This document shows positions 19,730-30,115 of a stretch of 64,000 nucleotides of DNA, one piece after another. A model generated the notes under the pieces. It saw only the letters and a list, made by a program, of their open reading frames with translations, was not told the origin of the DNA and ran no database searches. Numbering within the stretch: the stretch's first letter is position 1; each line of letters begins with the position of its first letter. A program made the translations under genes and the position numbers. The stretch lies in the NCBI GenBank assembly GCA_965140415.1, contig OZ223209.1:1696001-1760000 (forward strand), written 5' to 3'. This DNA comes from Myxococcota bacterium. Lineage in GTDB: Bacteria; Myxococcota_A; SURF-8.

Positions 19730-21463
19730 GTGGCATGCCACGACTGGAGAACGATCACTGTGCAAACAGATGAAAACGATAAAAGCGTTGAAACAACGGA
19801 AGAGGCTTCCGAATTGCAATCCGCTAATGAGGAATCAAAGCCGGAGCCGGTAGAGCCTGCGAGCGAGAGCGAATCGGATTCCAAGCCGGTTGAAAACGTT
19901 TCGGATGCTTCGTCCACCGAAAAAGCGGATGATACCGTACCCGAACGGAACAACGAGGATTTGAAATCGGAGCAGGTGGAGGGCGAGGCGGAATCCTCCG
20001 AACCGCCTAAAAAAGTTGAGACCGTTCGAATCGCCGGTGTGCGTTTTCGCAGTGCTGGAAAGATGGAGATGTTCCAGTGTCAGAACCTGGAAGTTCACGT
20101 TGGTGACCGGGTGGTTGTTGAAGTGGAACGGGGCTTGGAAATCGGTAAGGTCGTGTTGGTTGATGAAAATGCGAAGCCCGGTAAGCAAAAGCTGCATCGG
20201 GTTGTTCGCTTGATGGATGAACGCGACAAGATGATCCTGAAAGAGAACGAAGAACGCAATCGCCAAGCTTATCATAGCTGTCTCAATAGCATCGCGAAGT
20301 TGAATTTGCCAATGAAGCTGATCGAGGTCAGCTACCAACATTCAGCCAATAAAGCGGTTTTCTATTTTTCTTCGGAAGGTCGGGTTGATTTCCGCGAATT
20401 GGTCCGATTGCTGGCGCAGGAGCTACGCATCCGTGTTGAAATGCGTCAGGTCGGCATTCGGGATGAGGCTAAACTGGTCGGCGGTATGGGCCCATGCGGG
20501 CAGCCTGTTTGTTGCGCGACCCATCTAAGTGATTTCACTCCTGTTTCGATTCGCATGGCCAAGGAACAGAATCTGACCTTGAATCCGGAAAAGGTTTCCG
20601 GTTTGTGCGGCAGGTTGATGTGTTGTTTGGGATATGAATCCGCAACCTATAAAGATCTTCAAAAAGGTCTGCCAAAAATCGGCAAAAAAGCGGACACCTG
20701 GAAAGGTCGTGGGCGCGTACTGGAAATCAACATTTTCAGCCGCCAGATGCGATTGGAATTGCCGGGCCGTGAATACATCTCGATCGATCTGGACGACTAT
20801 AAGTCTTACAAGCAAGACCCCGAAGGCTTCGGTGCGCTTATGATGAAGAAGGAAGAGGAAGAGCGCACCAAAGCGTTGCGGCGTGATGTGGAAAAGGTTA
20901 CTTCCGTGATGGAAGGCAGCCGGGAAACGGAGTCTCGCAAGGCCAGACGCCAATCCAACTCGGAATCCAATGGAAAGAGACCGGATAAACCTGCCGAAAA
21001 GCCGGATCGACGACCGACAAATCCTAAGCAGGGGGGCGCTCAGGGAAATCAATCCCAAGCGAACAAGGATGGTGGTGATCCCAATAAGCCGCGACCTTCA
21101 CGTCGTCGGCGAGGTCGAGGCGGTAGAGGCCGAGGAGGACAGGGTGGCCAGGGTGGCCAGGGTGGCCAGGGAGGACCGCAAGGAGAGCCTCGCCGAGAAG
21201 GAAAGCCTTCTCCCGATGGAAAACCGAAGGCTCCGCAAGGTGGCGGTAGAAGCTCTGGACCCAAAGGTGGTGGGGCTGAAGGTGGTAAGCCCGGTCAAGA
21301 AGGCGCTCCCAAACGCAAATCTCGTTCTCGGCGCAGGCGCAGACCATCCGGTCCGCGTGGCGGCGGTTCCGGCAATCCGAATTCCGGAAATTCTTCACCG
21401 CGTTCCGGGGGACCGAAGCCGGGTGGAGGCAAAGGGTCTGGTAGTGGTAGCGGTAATAGCTAG
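19730..21463 (+). CDS. ricT: PSP1/RicT (YaaT) family protein with long disordered tails (start uncertain)
   Basis: RVDFRELV, RIEMRQ-like motif, GPCGQPVCC, MAKEQNL, SGLCGRLMCCL; holB-ricT-metG-tatD order. Confidence 0.88.
   Translation: MACHDWRTITVQTDENDKSVETTEEASELQSANEESKPEPVEPASESESDSKPVENVSDASSTEKADDTVPERNNEDLKSEQVEGEAESSEPPKKVETVRIAGVRFRSAGKMEMFQCQNLEVHVGDRVVVEVERGLEIGKVVLVDENAKPGKQKLHRVVRLMDERDKMILKENEERNRQAYHSCLNSIAKLNLPMKLIEVSYQHSANKAVFYFSSEGRVDFRELVRLLAQELRIRVEMRQVGIRDEAKLVGGMGPCGQPVCCATHLSDFTPVSIRMAKEQNLTLNPEKVSGLCGRLMCCLGYESATYKDLQKGLPKIGKKADTWKGRGRVLEINIFSRQMRLELPGREYISIDLDDYKSYKQDPEGFGALMMKKEEEERTKALRRDVEKVTSVMEGSRETESRKARRQSNSESNGKRPDKPAEKPDRRPTNPKQGGAQGNQSQANKDGGDPNKPRPSRRRRGRGGRGRGGQGGQGGQGGQGGPQGEPRREGKPSPDGKPKAPQGGGRSSGPKGGGAEGGKPGQEGAPKRKSRSRRRRRPSGPRGGGSGNPNSGNSSPRSGGPKPGGGKGSGSGSGNS
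21140..21166 (+). repeat. 9-bp tandem repeat (CAGGGTGGC)x3 encoding QGG
   Basis: Read directly, in the Gly-rich tail of the PSP1 protein. Confidence 0.9.
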
Positions 21464-21599
21464 ATTGATCGGTACTTCGCGTTCGGTTCACAGATGTTTC
21501 CCGATCAAAATACAAATAACAAGTGTAGTGAAAATCCATAGCTGATCAAACGAAGACGGCATGGATGGTGCATAGCAGCAGGATGAAAAAGGCAGAGTC

Positions 21600-23552
21600 A
21601 TGACGAAAAAGACTTTTTATGTGTCTACCCCGATATATTACTGCAACGACGTGCCTCACATCGGGCATGCCTATACGACGATCAATGCGGACGTGCTGGC
21701 CCGTTATCATCGCTTGATGGGAGAGAAAACCTTCTTTCTCACCGGCACCGACGAGCATGGGCAGAAAGTGGAAACCGCCGCGCAGAAGCTCGGAAAGTCG
21801 CCCAAAGCCTTTGCCGATGATGTCGTGCAGCATTTCCGGGATTTATGGAAAACGCTGAATATCAGTAACGACCGCTTCATTCGCACTACCGACGACGATC
21901 ATGCCGCACTGGTCAGTGACTTGTGGAAAGTAATGGTTGATAAAGGCGATATCTATCTGGGTGAATATGAAGACTGGTACTGTGTGCACGATGAGACCTT
22001 CTGGACGGAAAGTCAGTTGCTGGAAGGCAATCTCTGCCCCAATCCCTGGTGCAAGCGCCCGGTTCAGAAGAACAAGGAAAAGAGCTATTTCTTCAAACTG
22101 TCCAAATACACCCAGCCTCTACTCGATTACTACGAAGCGCACCCGGATTTCGTGTTGCCCGGCTACCGTATGAACGAAGTGAAAAGCTTTGTTTCTCAAG
22201 GGTTAAACGATCTGTCCATCAGTCGCACCTCGTTTAGTTGGGGCATTCCCGTTCCGGGCGACCCGGCGCACGTCATGTACGTCTGGCTGGATGCTCTAGC
22301 CAACTATCTTACCGGTTGTGGTTACAAGCTGGACGATCCGGATTCGAACGAATTCTGGCCTGCGACGATCCACCTGATCGGCAAAGACATTCTTCGCTTC
22401 CATGCTATATTCTGGCCGGCCTTCCTGATGTCGGCGGGTATTCCGTTGCCCGAGCACGTTCTCGCGCACGGCTTCTGGACCATCGACGGTCAGAAGATGA
22501 GCAAGAGCCTGGGGAACTTTATCCGTCCGACCGATATGGTCGATGCCTATGGTCTGGACCCGGTACGCTATTTCCTGTTGCGTGAAATCTCGTTGGGACC
22601 GGATGGCGATTTCTCCGAGACGGCGCTGGTTGGGCGTTTGAATTCCGATCTGGCCAACGATCTGGGGAACTTACTGAGCCGCTCGCTGGCGATGACCAAG
22701 AAATACCTGGGTGGAGTGGTGCCGGAACCGACCTCGGCGGATTCTCCGATGGCGCAGAGCGTGAAACAGGCCGAAGAGCACTATCATGCGGCGTTTAAGG
22801 AATTTCAACCCAATAAGGCCTTGTTGGCGCTGTGGGAAATCATTGCTGCCGGGAACAAATATGTAGACGAGCGCGCCCCCTGGGTGCTGGCCAAGGACGA
22901 AAGCAAGAAAGAGGAATTGGCCGGTGTCATGTATGACCTGCTCGAAGCATTGCGACACGTTGCCATTCTGGTTTCGCCGATTATGCCTACCAGTGCTGAG
23001 AAGATGCTGGAGCAACTTGGAATGCCAGGCGAAGTTCCGACCGGCAGCGAAGCGTTGCAGTGGGGCGGATTGTCGAAGGGTTTGCAGACGCAACGCGGAA
23101 AATCCCTGTTCCCGCGTGTGGAACTGGCCGAAAAGAAAGAGGAAGCACCTGCCTCCAAAAAGGAAAAAGCGTCTAAGAAAGCCGATCCGAAGCCCAAGGC
23201 GGAATCTACACCGGAAGGGGTGGCGCTGATCGAATTCGAGGACTTCAGCAAGTTGCAGATGAAGGTTGGAAAGATTCTAAGCGCCGAACCGGTGCCGAAA
23301 ACGGACAAGCTCATGTTGCTGTCCGTAGATATCGGCGAGGATTCGCCTCGCACCATCGTTGCCGGAATTGCCGCGCATTATACGGCGGAGCAACTGGTTG
23401 AAAAGTGTGTCATTGTGTTGGCCAACCTGAAGCCGCGCAAGCTACGCGGGATTTTCTCGGAAGGCATGTTGCTGGCAGCAACCGCTCCGGATGGAACCCT
23501 GCGGTTATTGACTACCGATGGCGTTCAGCCCGCCGGTTCTCGAGTTGGGTAA
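21600..23552 (+). CDS. metG: Methionine--tRNA ligase with C-terminal tRNA-binding domain
   Basis: PHIGHAY, TGTDEHGQK, YVWLDAL, GKDILRFH, KMSKS, ANLKPRKLRGIFSEGMLL. Confidence 0.98.
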   Translation: MTKKTFYVSTPIYYCNDVPHIGHAYTTINADVLARYHRLMGEKTFFLTGTDEHGQKVETAAQKLGKSPKAFADDVVQHFRDLWKTLNISNDRFIRTTDDDHAALVSDLWKVMVDKGDIYLGEYEDWYCVHDETFWTESQLLEGNLCPNPWCKRPVQKNKEKSYFFKLSKYTQPLLDYYEAHPDFVLPGYRMNEVKSFVSQGLNDLSISRTSFSWGIPVPGDPAHVMYVWLDALANYLTGCGYKLDDPDSNEFWPATIHLIGKDILRFHAIFWPAFLMSAGIPLPEHVLAHGFWTIDGQKMSKSLGNFIRPTDMVDAYGLDPVRYFLLREISLGPDGDFSETALVGRLNSDLANDLGNLLSRSLAMTKKYLGGVVPEPTSADSPMAQSVKQAEEHYHAAFKEFQPNKALLALWEIIAAGNKYVDERAPWVLAKDESKKEELAGVMYDLLEALRHVAILVSPIMPTSAEKMLEQLGMPGEVPTGSEALQWGGLSKGLQTQRGKSLFPRVELAEKKEEAPASKKEKASKKADPKPKAESTPEGVALIEFEDFSKLQMKVGKILSAEPVPKTDKLMLLSVDIGEDSPRTIVAGIAAHYTAEQLVEKCVIVLANLKPRKLRGIFSEGMLLAATAPDGTLRLLTTDGVQPAGSRVG

Positions 23553-23564
23553 GGGAGAGCGGTT

Positions 23565-24356
23565 GTGTTGATCGATTCGCACGCGCATCTATGTACGCGC
23601 AACTATGATAAAGATCGTGATGAAGTGCTGAGTCGCTGCCGTGAAAACGGCCTGTTGCGTTATGTGGAAATCGGGGCCGTCTCCGGCTTCGAAGGCAACG
23701 AGCAGGCGCGGCAACTGGCCGAAGCGCAGGAAATGATTTACTTCACGGTCGGGCTGCATCCACACGATGCCAAATTACTGAATCCGACCGACTGGAGCGC
23801 CCTGGAAACGCTGGCTACGCATCCCAAAGCGGTGGGTATCGGCGAAACCGGACTGGACTATTTTTACGATCACAGCACTCCCGAACAGCAACGCAAGGCC
23901 TTTGTGCAGTCGATTGGGCTGGCGCGCGAGTTGAACAAGCCGATCGTCATTCACGACCGTGAGGCGCATGACGAGGTGATGGAGATTCTCAAAGCGGAAC
24001 GCGCCTTTGAAATTCCCGGTGAATTTCACTGTTTTTCCGGTGATTGGAATCTGGCCGAGCGGGTCATCGATATGGGCTGGATGGTGGCATTGGGAGGTGT
24101 GGTCACTTTTCGAAACGCCACGGAGTTGCATGAAGTAGCACGTCGCATCCCCTTGGATTCACTGCTGCTCGAAACGGACAGCCCTTTTCTGACCCCAGTT
24201 CCTTATCGCGGTAAACGAAACGAGCCTTGGATGGTGAAGCTGGTAGCGGAACGTATTGCGGAATTGAAAGAAATTTCTGCCAATGACGTGATCGAGGCTA
24301 CTGGGCGAAATGCCGTTACTCTGTTCGGGCTGGGATTGTCTGATTCCATTGACTGA
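23565..24356 (+). CDS. tatD: TatD family hydrolase
   Basis: IDSHAH, GLHPH, IGETGLDY, IHDREA, HCFSG, ETDSPFL..RGKRNEP. Confidence 0.95.
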   Translation: MLIDSHAHLCTRNYDKDRDEVLSRCRENGLLRYVEIGAVSGFEGNEQARQLAEAQEMIYFTVGLHPHDAKLLNPTDWSALETLATHPKAVGIGETGLDYFYDHSTPEQQRKAFVQSIGLARELNKPIVIHDREAHDEVMEILKAERAFEIPGEFHCFSGDWNLAERVIDMGWMVALGGVVTFRNATELHEVARRIPLDSLLLETDSPFLTPVPYRGKRNEPWMVKLVAERIAELKEISANDVIEATGRNAVTLFGLGLSDSID

Positions 24357-24478
24357 TTTCGTTCTCGGATTTGTTCTCTTCAACTCTGCTAATCCTGCAA
24401 CTGGCGTCGCAACCTTACAGGCAAGGTGGACGCTTCTGGATCCTTTTCATTCGCGTAGTACTTTCACGAGGTGTACCC

Positions 24479-26911
24479 ATGATGTTTCAACTGCGATTTA
24501 GCCTGCTCATGATCTTACTTAGCTGTGTTCTGCTCGTATCTTCCTGCGGTGGTTCCGATGAAGACGGTTGCAGCAACGGGGAAACTCGTTGCGCCGGATA
24601 CAACCTGATTCAACTTTGCAATCCTGATGGTAGCTGGGGAGAAAAGATCCTTTGTCCCGGTACACAAACCTGCCAGGATGGCGCCTGTGTCGGTGCTTCC
24701 TCTCCCGATGGCGACAATACCAGCGAATGTGCACCCGATGAAACCGAATGTGTCGGTGAGCAACTTAGGCGTTGCGATACGGATGGCAACTGGGGCGAGC
24801 TGGAAAATTGCCCCACGGGTACAACGTGTAACGTAGACCAATGTACTTCTAATGAAGAACCGCTCTGTCAGGCGGCTGTTGAGACGCGCTGCACCGATGA
24901 CAGCCACATGGAAACCTGTGACGACACCGGGTTGTCCTGGTCCGATCCGGTTGCCTGCGACGACGGACAGTTCTGCATCGACGGGAGTTGCCAGTTGATC
25001 GACTGTCAACCCGGTATGGACACGGCCTGCAATGCCGAGGGCGATGTTGTGACCTGCAACGCCCAGGGAAACGGCTACGGCGCTCCCGTGGCCTGTCCTG
25101 CCAATACTCGTTGCGAAGAAGGAATCTGTGTGGAAATTCCCTGTACTGCCGGGGACTTTCGCTGTGTAAGCCAAACGGAGATTCAGTATTGCGTTCAGGA
25201 TGGCGGTAGTTGGGATACTGCTCAAAGCTGCGCCAGCGGCGAAATTTGCGAGAGCGGCACGGGCTGCGTTCCATCCGGCAATCAGGTTTGTGAGCCGGGT
25301 AGCACGGTTTGCCTGGACGAGCGCACCATCGCAACCTGTAATAGTGAAGGCAGCGGCTATATGGACGAAACCGACGCCTGCGAGGCGGGAGATGTCGGTT
25401 ACAGTTGCATCAACGGTCAATGCCTGGATCTGTGCGACAAGGCGGAACTGACGCAAAGCTACATGGGTTGCGATTACTGGCCGGTGGTTACTCCCAATCC
25501 TGCTCTGGATCGCGCCTTTAAAAGCGGAACGGAATCGGAATACGCGGTAGTGATCTCCAATACGAACGATACGTACACGGCGCAGGTAACGATCAGCCTG
25601 CCAGGCCGGGAAGACATCGTGACATCGGTGGCTCCCATGGACGATAAAACCGTGCGCCTGCAATATCTGGAGTTGCAGGGCTCGGCGAAGATGAATTTCG
25701 CCTACCATCTGCATGCCAGCATTCCGGTTACGGTGGCGCAATTCAACCCACTTAGCGAATATCACGATGGCGAACACAGCTACACCAACGACGCATCACT
25801 ATTGTTGCCGACCAGTGTGTTGGGCAAAAGCTATATGGCCATGAGCGCCACGCCGGTAACCGTCAAGGAATGCGACAACTTCTGGTGCGATGAGTATCAT
25901 TTCGAAACCCAGGGCTACCGGGCGTTCGTGTCGATTGTCGGTACTTACGAAGGAACCACTACCATCCAGGTCACTGCCAGTGCGGCGATCAAAGCCGGTG
26001 CCGGGGTGGAGGGAATTTCCGCCGGTGAAACACGAGAATACACCTTGCAGCAGCATGAGGTTTTACAGCTTGTCGGCGACGATGCCTTTGCCAACGAAGA
26101 ACATTGCTGGCGCGACGAGCAGGAGAACAACACGATCTGCATGGGAGCCGATTTATCCGGCACCCGGATACAGTCCGATCAGCCCATTGCGGTGTTCTCC
26201 GGTAACGAGTGCGCCTACGTGCCGTATACGCAGTATGCCTGCGATCATCTCGAACAGCAGATGTTCCCCACCGACATCTGGGGACAGTCCTATCTTATGG
26301 GAGAATACAGCCAGTACGAATGGGACTATCCGACTTATTACAAAATCATGGCATACGAAGACAACACCCAGTTGCAGGTAACGCCGGACTACATTCTGGA
26401 CGAAGTGCCCTACGGTTTCGGCGGCGAGCAGATCGTTGGTTGCCAGCGCACTTTGCAGGCCGGAGACTATTGCATGATCGAGAGCGACAGTAACCTGATG
26501 GTAACGGCTTTGGACGGCAAGAAGATTGCGGTGGGGCAGTTCATGGTCGGTGGTTCCTACGACGATTCCGACCCGGCGGAATACGGCGATCCGGCATTTT
26601 CTCTGGTGCCGCCGATCCAGCAATACCGGAAAAACTATATTTTCCTGGCTCCGGACACCTATGCCTACGACTACATCAACATCATGTCGATGTCGAACAC
26701 GGCGACCATCCTGCTGGATGGCGATCCGTTACGGGCGCGCGATTTCGAGCAGATCGATGGTGCCAACGCCTGGGTCATGCAGAAGAAGATCAATGATGGC
26801 ACCCACCTGCTGACTTCCGATGTGCCGATCGGCTTGATCGTTTATGGCTATGACCGCTACGTTTCTTATGCCTACCCGGCGGGCTTGGATCTGGTTTTCG
26901 TGCCGTATTGA
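24479..26911 (+). CDS. Cys-rich repeat lipoprotein with IgGFc-binding-protein-like C-terminal domain
   Basis: Lipobox VSSC; about six C..GETRC...C...G.W...C....C..G.C repeats; SYMGCDYW, YTNDASLLLP, DLSGTRIQSDQPIAVFSG, CDHLEQQ, GDPA, VYGYDRYVSYAYPAG. Confidence 0.85.
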   Translation: MMFQLRFSLLMILLSCVLLVSSCGGSDEDGCSNGETRCAGYNLIQLCNPDGSWGEKILCPGTQTCQDGACVGASSPDGDNTSECAPDETECVGEQLRRCDTDGNWGELENCPTGTTCNVDQCTSNEEPLCQAAVETRCTDDSHMETCDDTGLSWSDPVACDDGQFCIDGSCQLIDCQPGMDTACNAEGDVVTCNAQGNGYGAPVACPANTRCEEGICVEIPCTAGDFRCVSQTEIQYCVQDGGSWDTAQSCASGEICESGTGCVPSGNQVCEPGSTVCLDERTIATCNSEGSGYMDETDACEAGDVGYSCINGQCLDLCDKAELTQSYMGCDYWPVVTPNPALDRAFKSGTESEYAVVISNTNDTYTAQVTISLPGREDIVTSVAPMDDKTVRLQYLELQGSAKMNFAYHLHASIPVTVAQFNPLSEYHDGEHSYTNDASLLLPTSVLGKSYMAMSATPVTVKECDNFWCDEYHFETQGYRAFVSIVGTYEGTTTIQVTASAAIKAGAGVEGISAGETREYTLQQHEVLQLVGDDAFANEEHCWRDEQENNTICMGADLSGTRIQSDQPIAVFSGNECAYVPYTQYACDHLEQQMFPTDIWGQSYLMGEYSQYEWDYPTYYKIMAYEDNTQLQVTPDYILDEVPYGFGGEQIVGCQRTLQAGDYCMIESDSNLMVTALDGKKIAVGQFMVGGSYDDSDPAEYGDPAFSLVPPIQQYRKNYIFLAPDTYAYDYINIMSMSNTATILLDGDPLRARDFEQIDGANAWVMQKKINDGTHLLTSDVPIGLIVYGYDRYVSYAYPAGLDLVFVPY

Positions 26912-27017
26912 GACGATAGGGGGCAGTGAGGAACGTCTTGCTCCGGCTGGTAGCGGTTCTATACCGCAGGAATGTCTTGTCAGGCTCCAAAGGGTTCGCC
27001 CAAGCTGGGGAAAGAGC

Positions 27018-27045
27018 TTGACAAATCGCGTAATTCCAAGATAAT
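27018..27045 (+). promoter_or_regulatory. Possible sigma70 promoter of infA
   Basis: TTGACA-16 bp-GATAAT. Confidence 0.55.
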
Positions 27046-27133
27046 GCATACCAACGCTAGGCCGATAGTGGTCTCGCGTGGTGTGCATTTTAGTTGCCCG
27101 TTATAAAAATTCGAGAGATTAGGAACACAGTCT

Positions 27134-27403
27134 ATGGCTCGTGACGACTTGATTCAATTGGAAGGATCCGTAGTAGAAGTGCTGACGGATGGAAATTTCC
27201 GCATCGAAACGGAAACCGGACAGTCTTTGCTGGCGCGGTTGGCCGGGAAGTTGCGTAAATTCCGCATCCGCGTGATTCTGGGTGACAAGGTCACCGTAGG
27301 TGTTTCTCCCTACGATCCCACCCACGGCTTGATTCTGCATCGCCATCGCGATGACTCCCGCGGCGGTTTTCGTCCGCCGACCCGCAAGAATCGTCGCAAC
27401 TAG
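27134..27403 (+). CDS. infA: Translation initiation factor IF-1
   Basis: IQLEGSVVEVL, AGKLRKFRIRVILGDKVTVGVSPYDPTHGLI; basic C-terminal extension. Confidence 0.95.
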   Translation: MARDDLIQLEGSVVEVLTDGNFRIETETGQSLLARLAGKLRKFRIRVILGDKVTVGVSPYDPTHGLILHRHRDDSRGGFRPPTRKNRRN

Positions 27404-27472
27404 CGGCGCTCTTTTTCTCGCTGGCCTCATTTTACGAGTGGAATCATAAACAAGAAAGCAGGTATCGGTGCC

Positions 27473-29761
27473 TCAATGGGATGATTTCCCATTGGCCACA
27501 GCCATGCGGTACCAGTTGCTGTCCCGCGTCAGGTTCTGTTGTCTGAATTCGCCGATAAGCATCTGCATTTGTGCGGCTTTTTCCGGTAGCAAATCGAAGA
27601 GATTCTGCTTTTCCTTCGGATCGTTTTGCAAATCGTACAATTCGAAGAGTTGTTCGTCGGCGCGGTGAATGAGCTTCCAGTGTCCCTGGCGAATTCCCTG
27701 CATCGACCATGGAAAGGTCGGGGCGCGCAGTTTTTCGAAATACACCGGCGGATGAGAAATTTCGTTCGGATGTTCGGCCAGTGCCAGCGCCATCAGAGAG
27801 GTTCCCTGTACCGCATGCTTTTTGGGATTGACACCGATCAGGTCGTACATCGTGGGAACCAGATCCACCAGGGAAACGGGCGTATCCACCCGATGAGCCG
27901 ATAGGCGTGGACTGTGGATGATCAAGGGAACGTGAACGCTTTCTTGATAGAGCTGGCTTCCATGATAACGGCGTCCATGGTCCAGGAATTCCTCGCCGTG
28001 ATCGGCGGTGAGGATAATCACGCTGTTTTCGTACCATTCGGTCGTTTTGAAGTAGGTCAACAGGCGGTTCACTTCACGACTGGTGAAGCGCAGTTCCGCG
28101 TCATACAGATCCATCTGTTTCTGCCCGAATGGATTGTCTGGGTCGGAAACATAGAGGAAATGCGGGTCGAAGTAGTGCACCCACATAAATAGCGGTTGGC
28201 GGCTACCGCGTAGGCTGTCCAGATGTTCGATGGCGTAATCCGTCAACAGATCGGAGGTGCGGACATTTTCCGCGTGACCGCGTTCTCTGAAAGCCCGCGT
28301 ATCCCACCAGTCGGCTCCACGTTGCAGATTGCGGTTTTTAAAGTACCAGTATGGAAAAATCCCGGCAACATGATAGCCCTTCTGCTTGAACACGTCGATT
28401 GCGGTTTCGGTCTGGTTCTGCACTTTCGGGAAGTTGTGATAGTGGCTCCAATGGATTTGAGAAGGATAGGTTCCCGAAATGAAGGACGGAATCGACTGTG
28501 GCGTGTTGGGTGCCTGTGCATGGGCCTGCGTAAACACCAGGCTTTGTTTGGCCCACTCTTCGATTTCAGGCATGGTGTCACGGGTGTAGCCCATCGATTT
28601 CAAATGATCGGCGCGCACCGCGTCGATGGAAATGAGCACGATGTTGTAGTCGCTCTTGATGCTGTCGATCCGTTGCGCCAGCAGTTGGTCCTGGATCTCG
28701 CTAATCAAGGGGGGCCGCTGCGAGGCATCACCACCCATGCAGTCGTCATCGATGCCGTTACGGGGAATTTCCGTTGCCATGGGATGAACGAGGGGGTTAT
28801 GATCGTCGCAATCTCCGCCGCGAAGCAAGGCCGAAAAGCCGTCGCCATCGCGGTCGCTGATGCGCTGCACCGCCAGAATCACGGGGCGCGTCAGAGGCGC
28901 TTGATTCCGTAGGATGCCAGCCACGCGAGGTTGCGAAGGATAGGCTAAGAATGTGATTGCCAGCATCAGTCCGACGAGCAGCAGCCACATTCCAGTAGAG
29001 ACGGCGTGTGTGCTGCTATCCAGCAATTCTCTGCCCATCGGATGGCTGAACAGACGATAAAGCACAACTTGGGTCAACAGAAACACACCCAGCAGCAACA
29101 ACGGAGTGACATCCAGCATGAGCCAAAGCGTCTGGTTGCTTGCGATCCAGGCGATCAGTCCGATAATGGCTGCCAGATTGAGCAGCAGCAGCTCAATGGC
29201 CACTACCCTGCGGGGAAACCAGCGTTCGAGCGGCGCGGAAGCGAGAAAGGTAAGCCGGCGCAGAGCGGCGTATACGACGATGGCGAAGGGCAACAGAAGC
29301 ACCATGACGAGCAGGTACAGAAGCGCTGCCAGGGTTTTGTTGTTGTAGGCGCTGCTGAAATGTAGCAGTATGACGAAGGCCGCGCCGAAGTAGCACAGGG
29401 CGGAGACGACCAGGCCGAGCAACTCGGCTGCGAATTGCCGATCCAGCTTCGGATCGTGTAGACTTCGTTTTCGTGCGCGCCGAAAATGTCCGAACGGATC
29501 CACGTGGGCGACCATCGTCTGCCAGCATACACCACCTACGAAGCCGTACAGGGTTACGAAACTCCATAGGAATGACATGGACACAAACAAATTCCATATC
29601 CACTCTCCAATGCTTCCAAAATAAGTGGGGGAGCGCAAAACAATCACGAGTTGTTCGCCCAGAATCAACAGCAGACTGGCCCAGATAGCCGAAACGGCAA
29701 AGCGTCGACCCGAACCGTTTGTGTCGTTAAGTTGATCCTGTTTATCTGTTTTACGCACCAT
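27473..29761 (-). CDS. Membrane-anchored sulfatase-like/alkaline phosphatase superfamily transferase with MopE-like metal-binding motif
   Basis: About seven N-terminal TM helices; DRDGDG..GGDCDDHNPLVHPMATEIPRNGIDDDC; ISIDAVRADH, HYFDPH, TADHGEEF..HG. Confidence 0.85.
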   Translation of the reverse strand: MVRKTDKQDQLNDTNGSGRRFAVSAIWASLLLILGEQLVIVLRSPTYFGSIGEWIWNLFVSMSFLWSFVTLYGFVGGVCWQTMVAHVDPFGHFRRARKRSLHDPKLDRQFAAELLGLVVSALCYFGAAFVILLHFSSAYNNKTLAALLYLLVMVLLLPFAIVVYAALRRLTFLASAPLERWFPRRVVAIELLLLNLAAIIGLIAWIASNQTLWLMLDVTPLLLLGVFLLTQVVLYRLFSHPMGRELLDSSTHAVSTGMWLLLVGLMLAITFLAYPSQPRVAGILRNQAPLTRPVILAVQRISDRDGDGFSALLRGGDCDDHNPLVHPMATEIPRNGIDDDCMGGDASQRPPLISEIQDQLLAQRIDSIKSDYNIVLISIDAVRADHLKSMGYTRDTMPEIEEWAKQSLVFTQAHAQAPNTPQSIPSFISGTYPSQIHWSHYHNFPKVQNQTETAIDVFKQKGYHVAGIFPYWYFKNRNLQRGADWWDTRAFRERGHAENVRTSDLLTDYAIEHLDSLRGSRQPLFMWVHYFDPHFLYVSDPDNPFGQKQMDLYDAELRFTSREVNRLLTYFKTTEWYENSVIILTADHGEEFLDHGRRYHGSQLYQESVHVPLIIHSPRLSAHRVDTPVSLVDLVPTMYDLIGVNPKKHAVQGTSLMALALAEHPNEISHPPVYFEKLRAPTFPWSMQGIRQGHWKLIHRADEQLFELYDLQNDPKEKQNLFDLLPEKAAQMQMLIGEFRQQNLTRDSNWYRMAVANGKSSH

Positions 29762-30115
29762 TAAACTCCCTAAAATTAGATTTAAATTATATTAAATTAA
29801 GCATAATTAATCAAACTTAAATTTCAAAAAAATGAGCGAATTCCAGCCGATCGCCTCAAGGACGCTTTTCTGCGGTTTGCCAAGCCTCTACCTGTCCTAT
29901 CTTGAATAATTTCAACAGTTTTCCGATTTTACCTTTCTATTGTCCGGTCTTCTCGACTGTTGTCAAGGGGTTAAGGTGGATGCGAGAGAACTTGGCTGCA
30001 TCAGCAAAGCGGAATACGAATCGCTCGTTCGCTCCCTATCTACAAAGTCAAGTGAAGAACATTGCCTTTGCTTACATGCTTTTGGTAGAGTGCCCTCTGT
30101 TTCAATGGATGAGCA

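Noticed and set aside
24515-25777. 420 aa minus-strand ORF (likewise 36651-37562 and 53271-54233)
   Set aside because: Antisense shadows of well-supported lipoprotein genes.
29850-29890. c-di-GMP-I-like GGCAAACC on the minus strand
   Set aside because: Lacks the GGACGCAAAGC half and the second stem.
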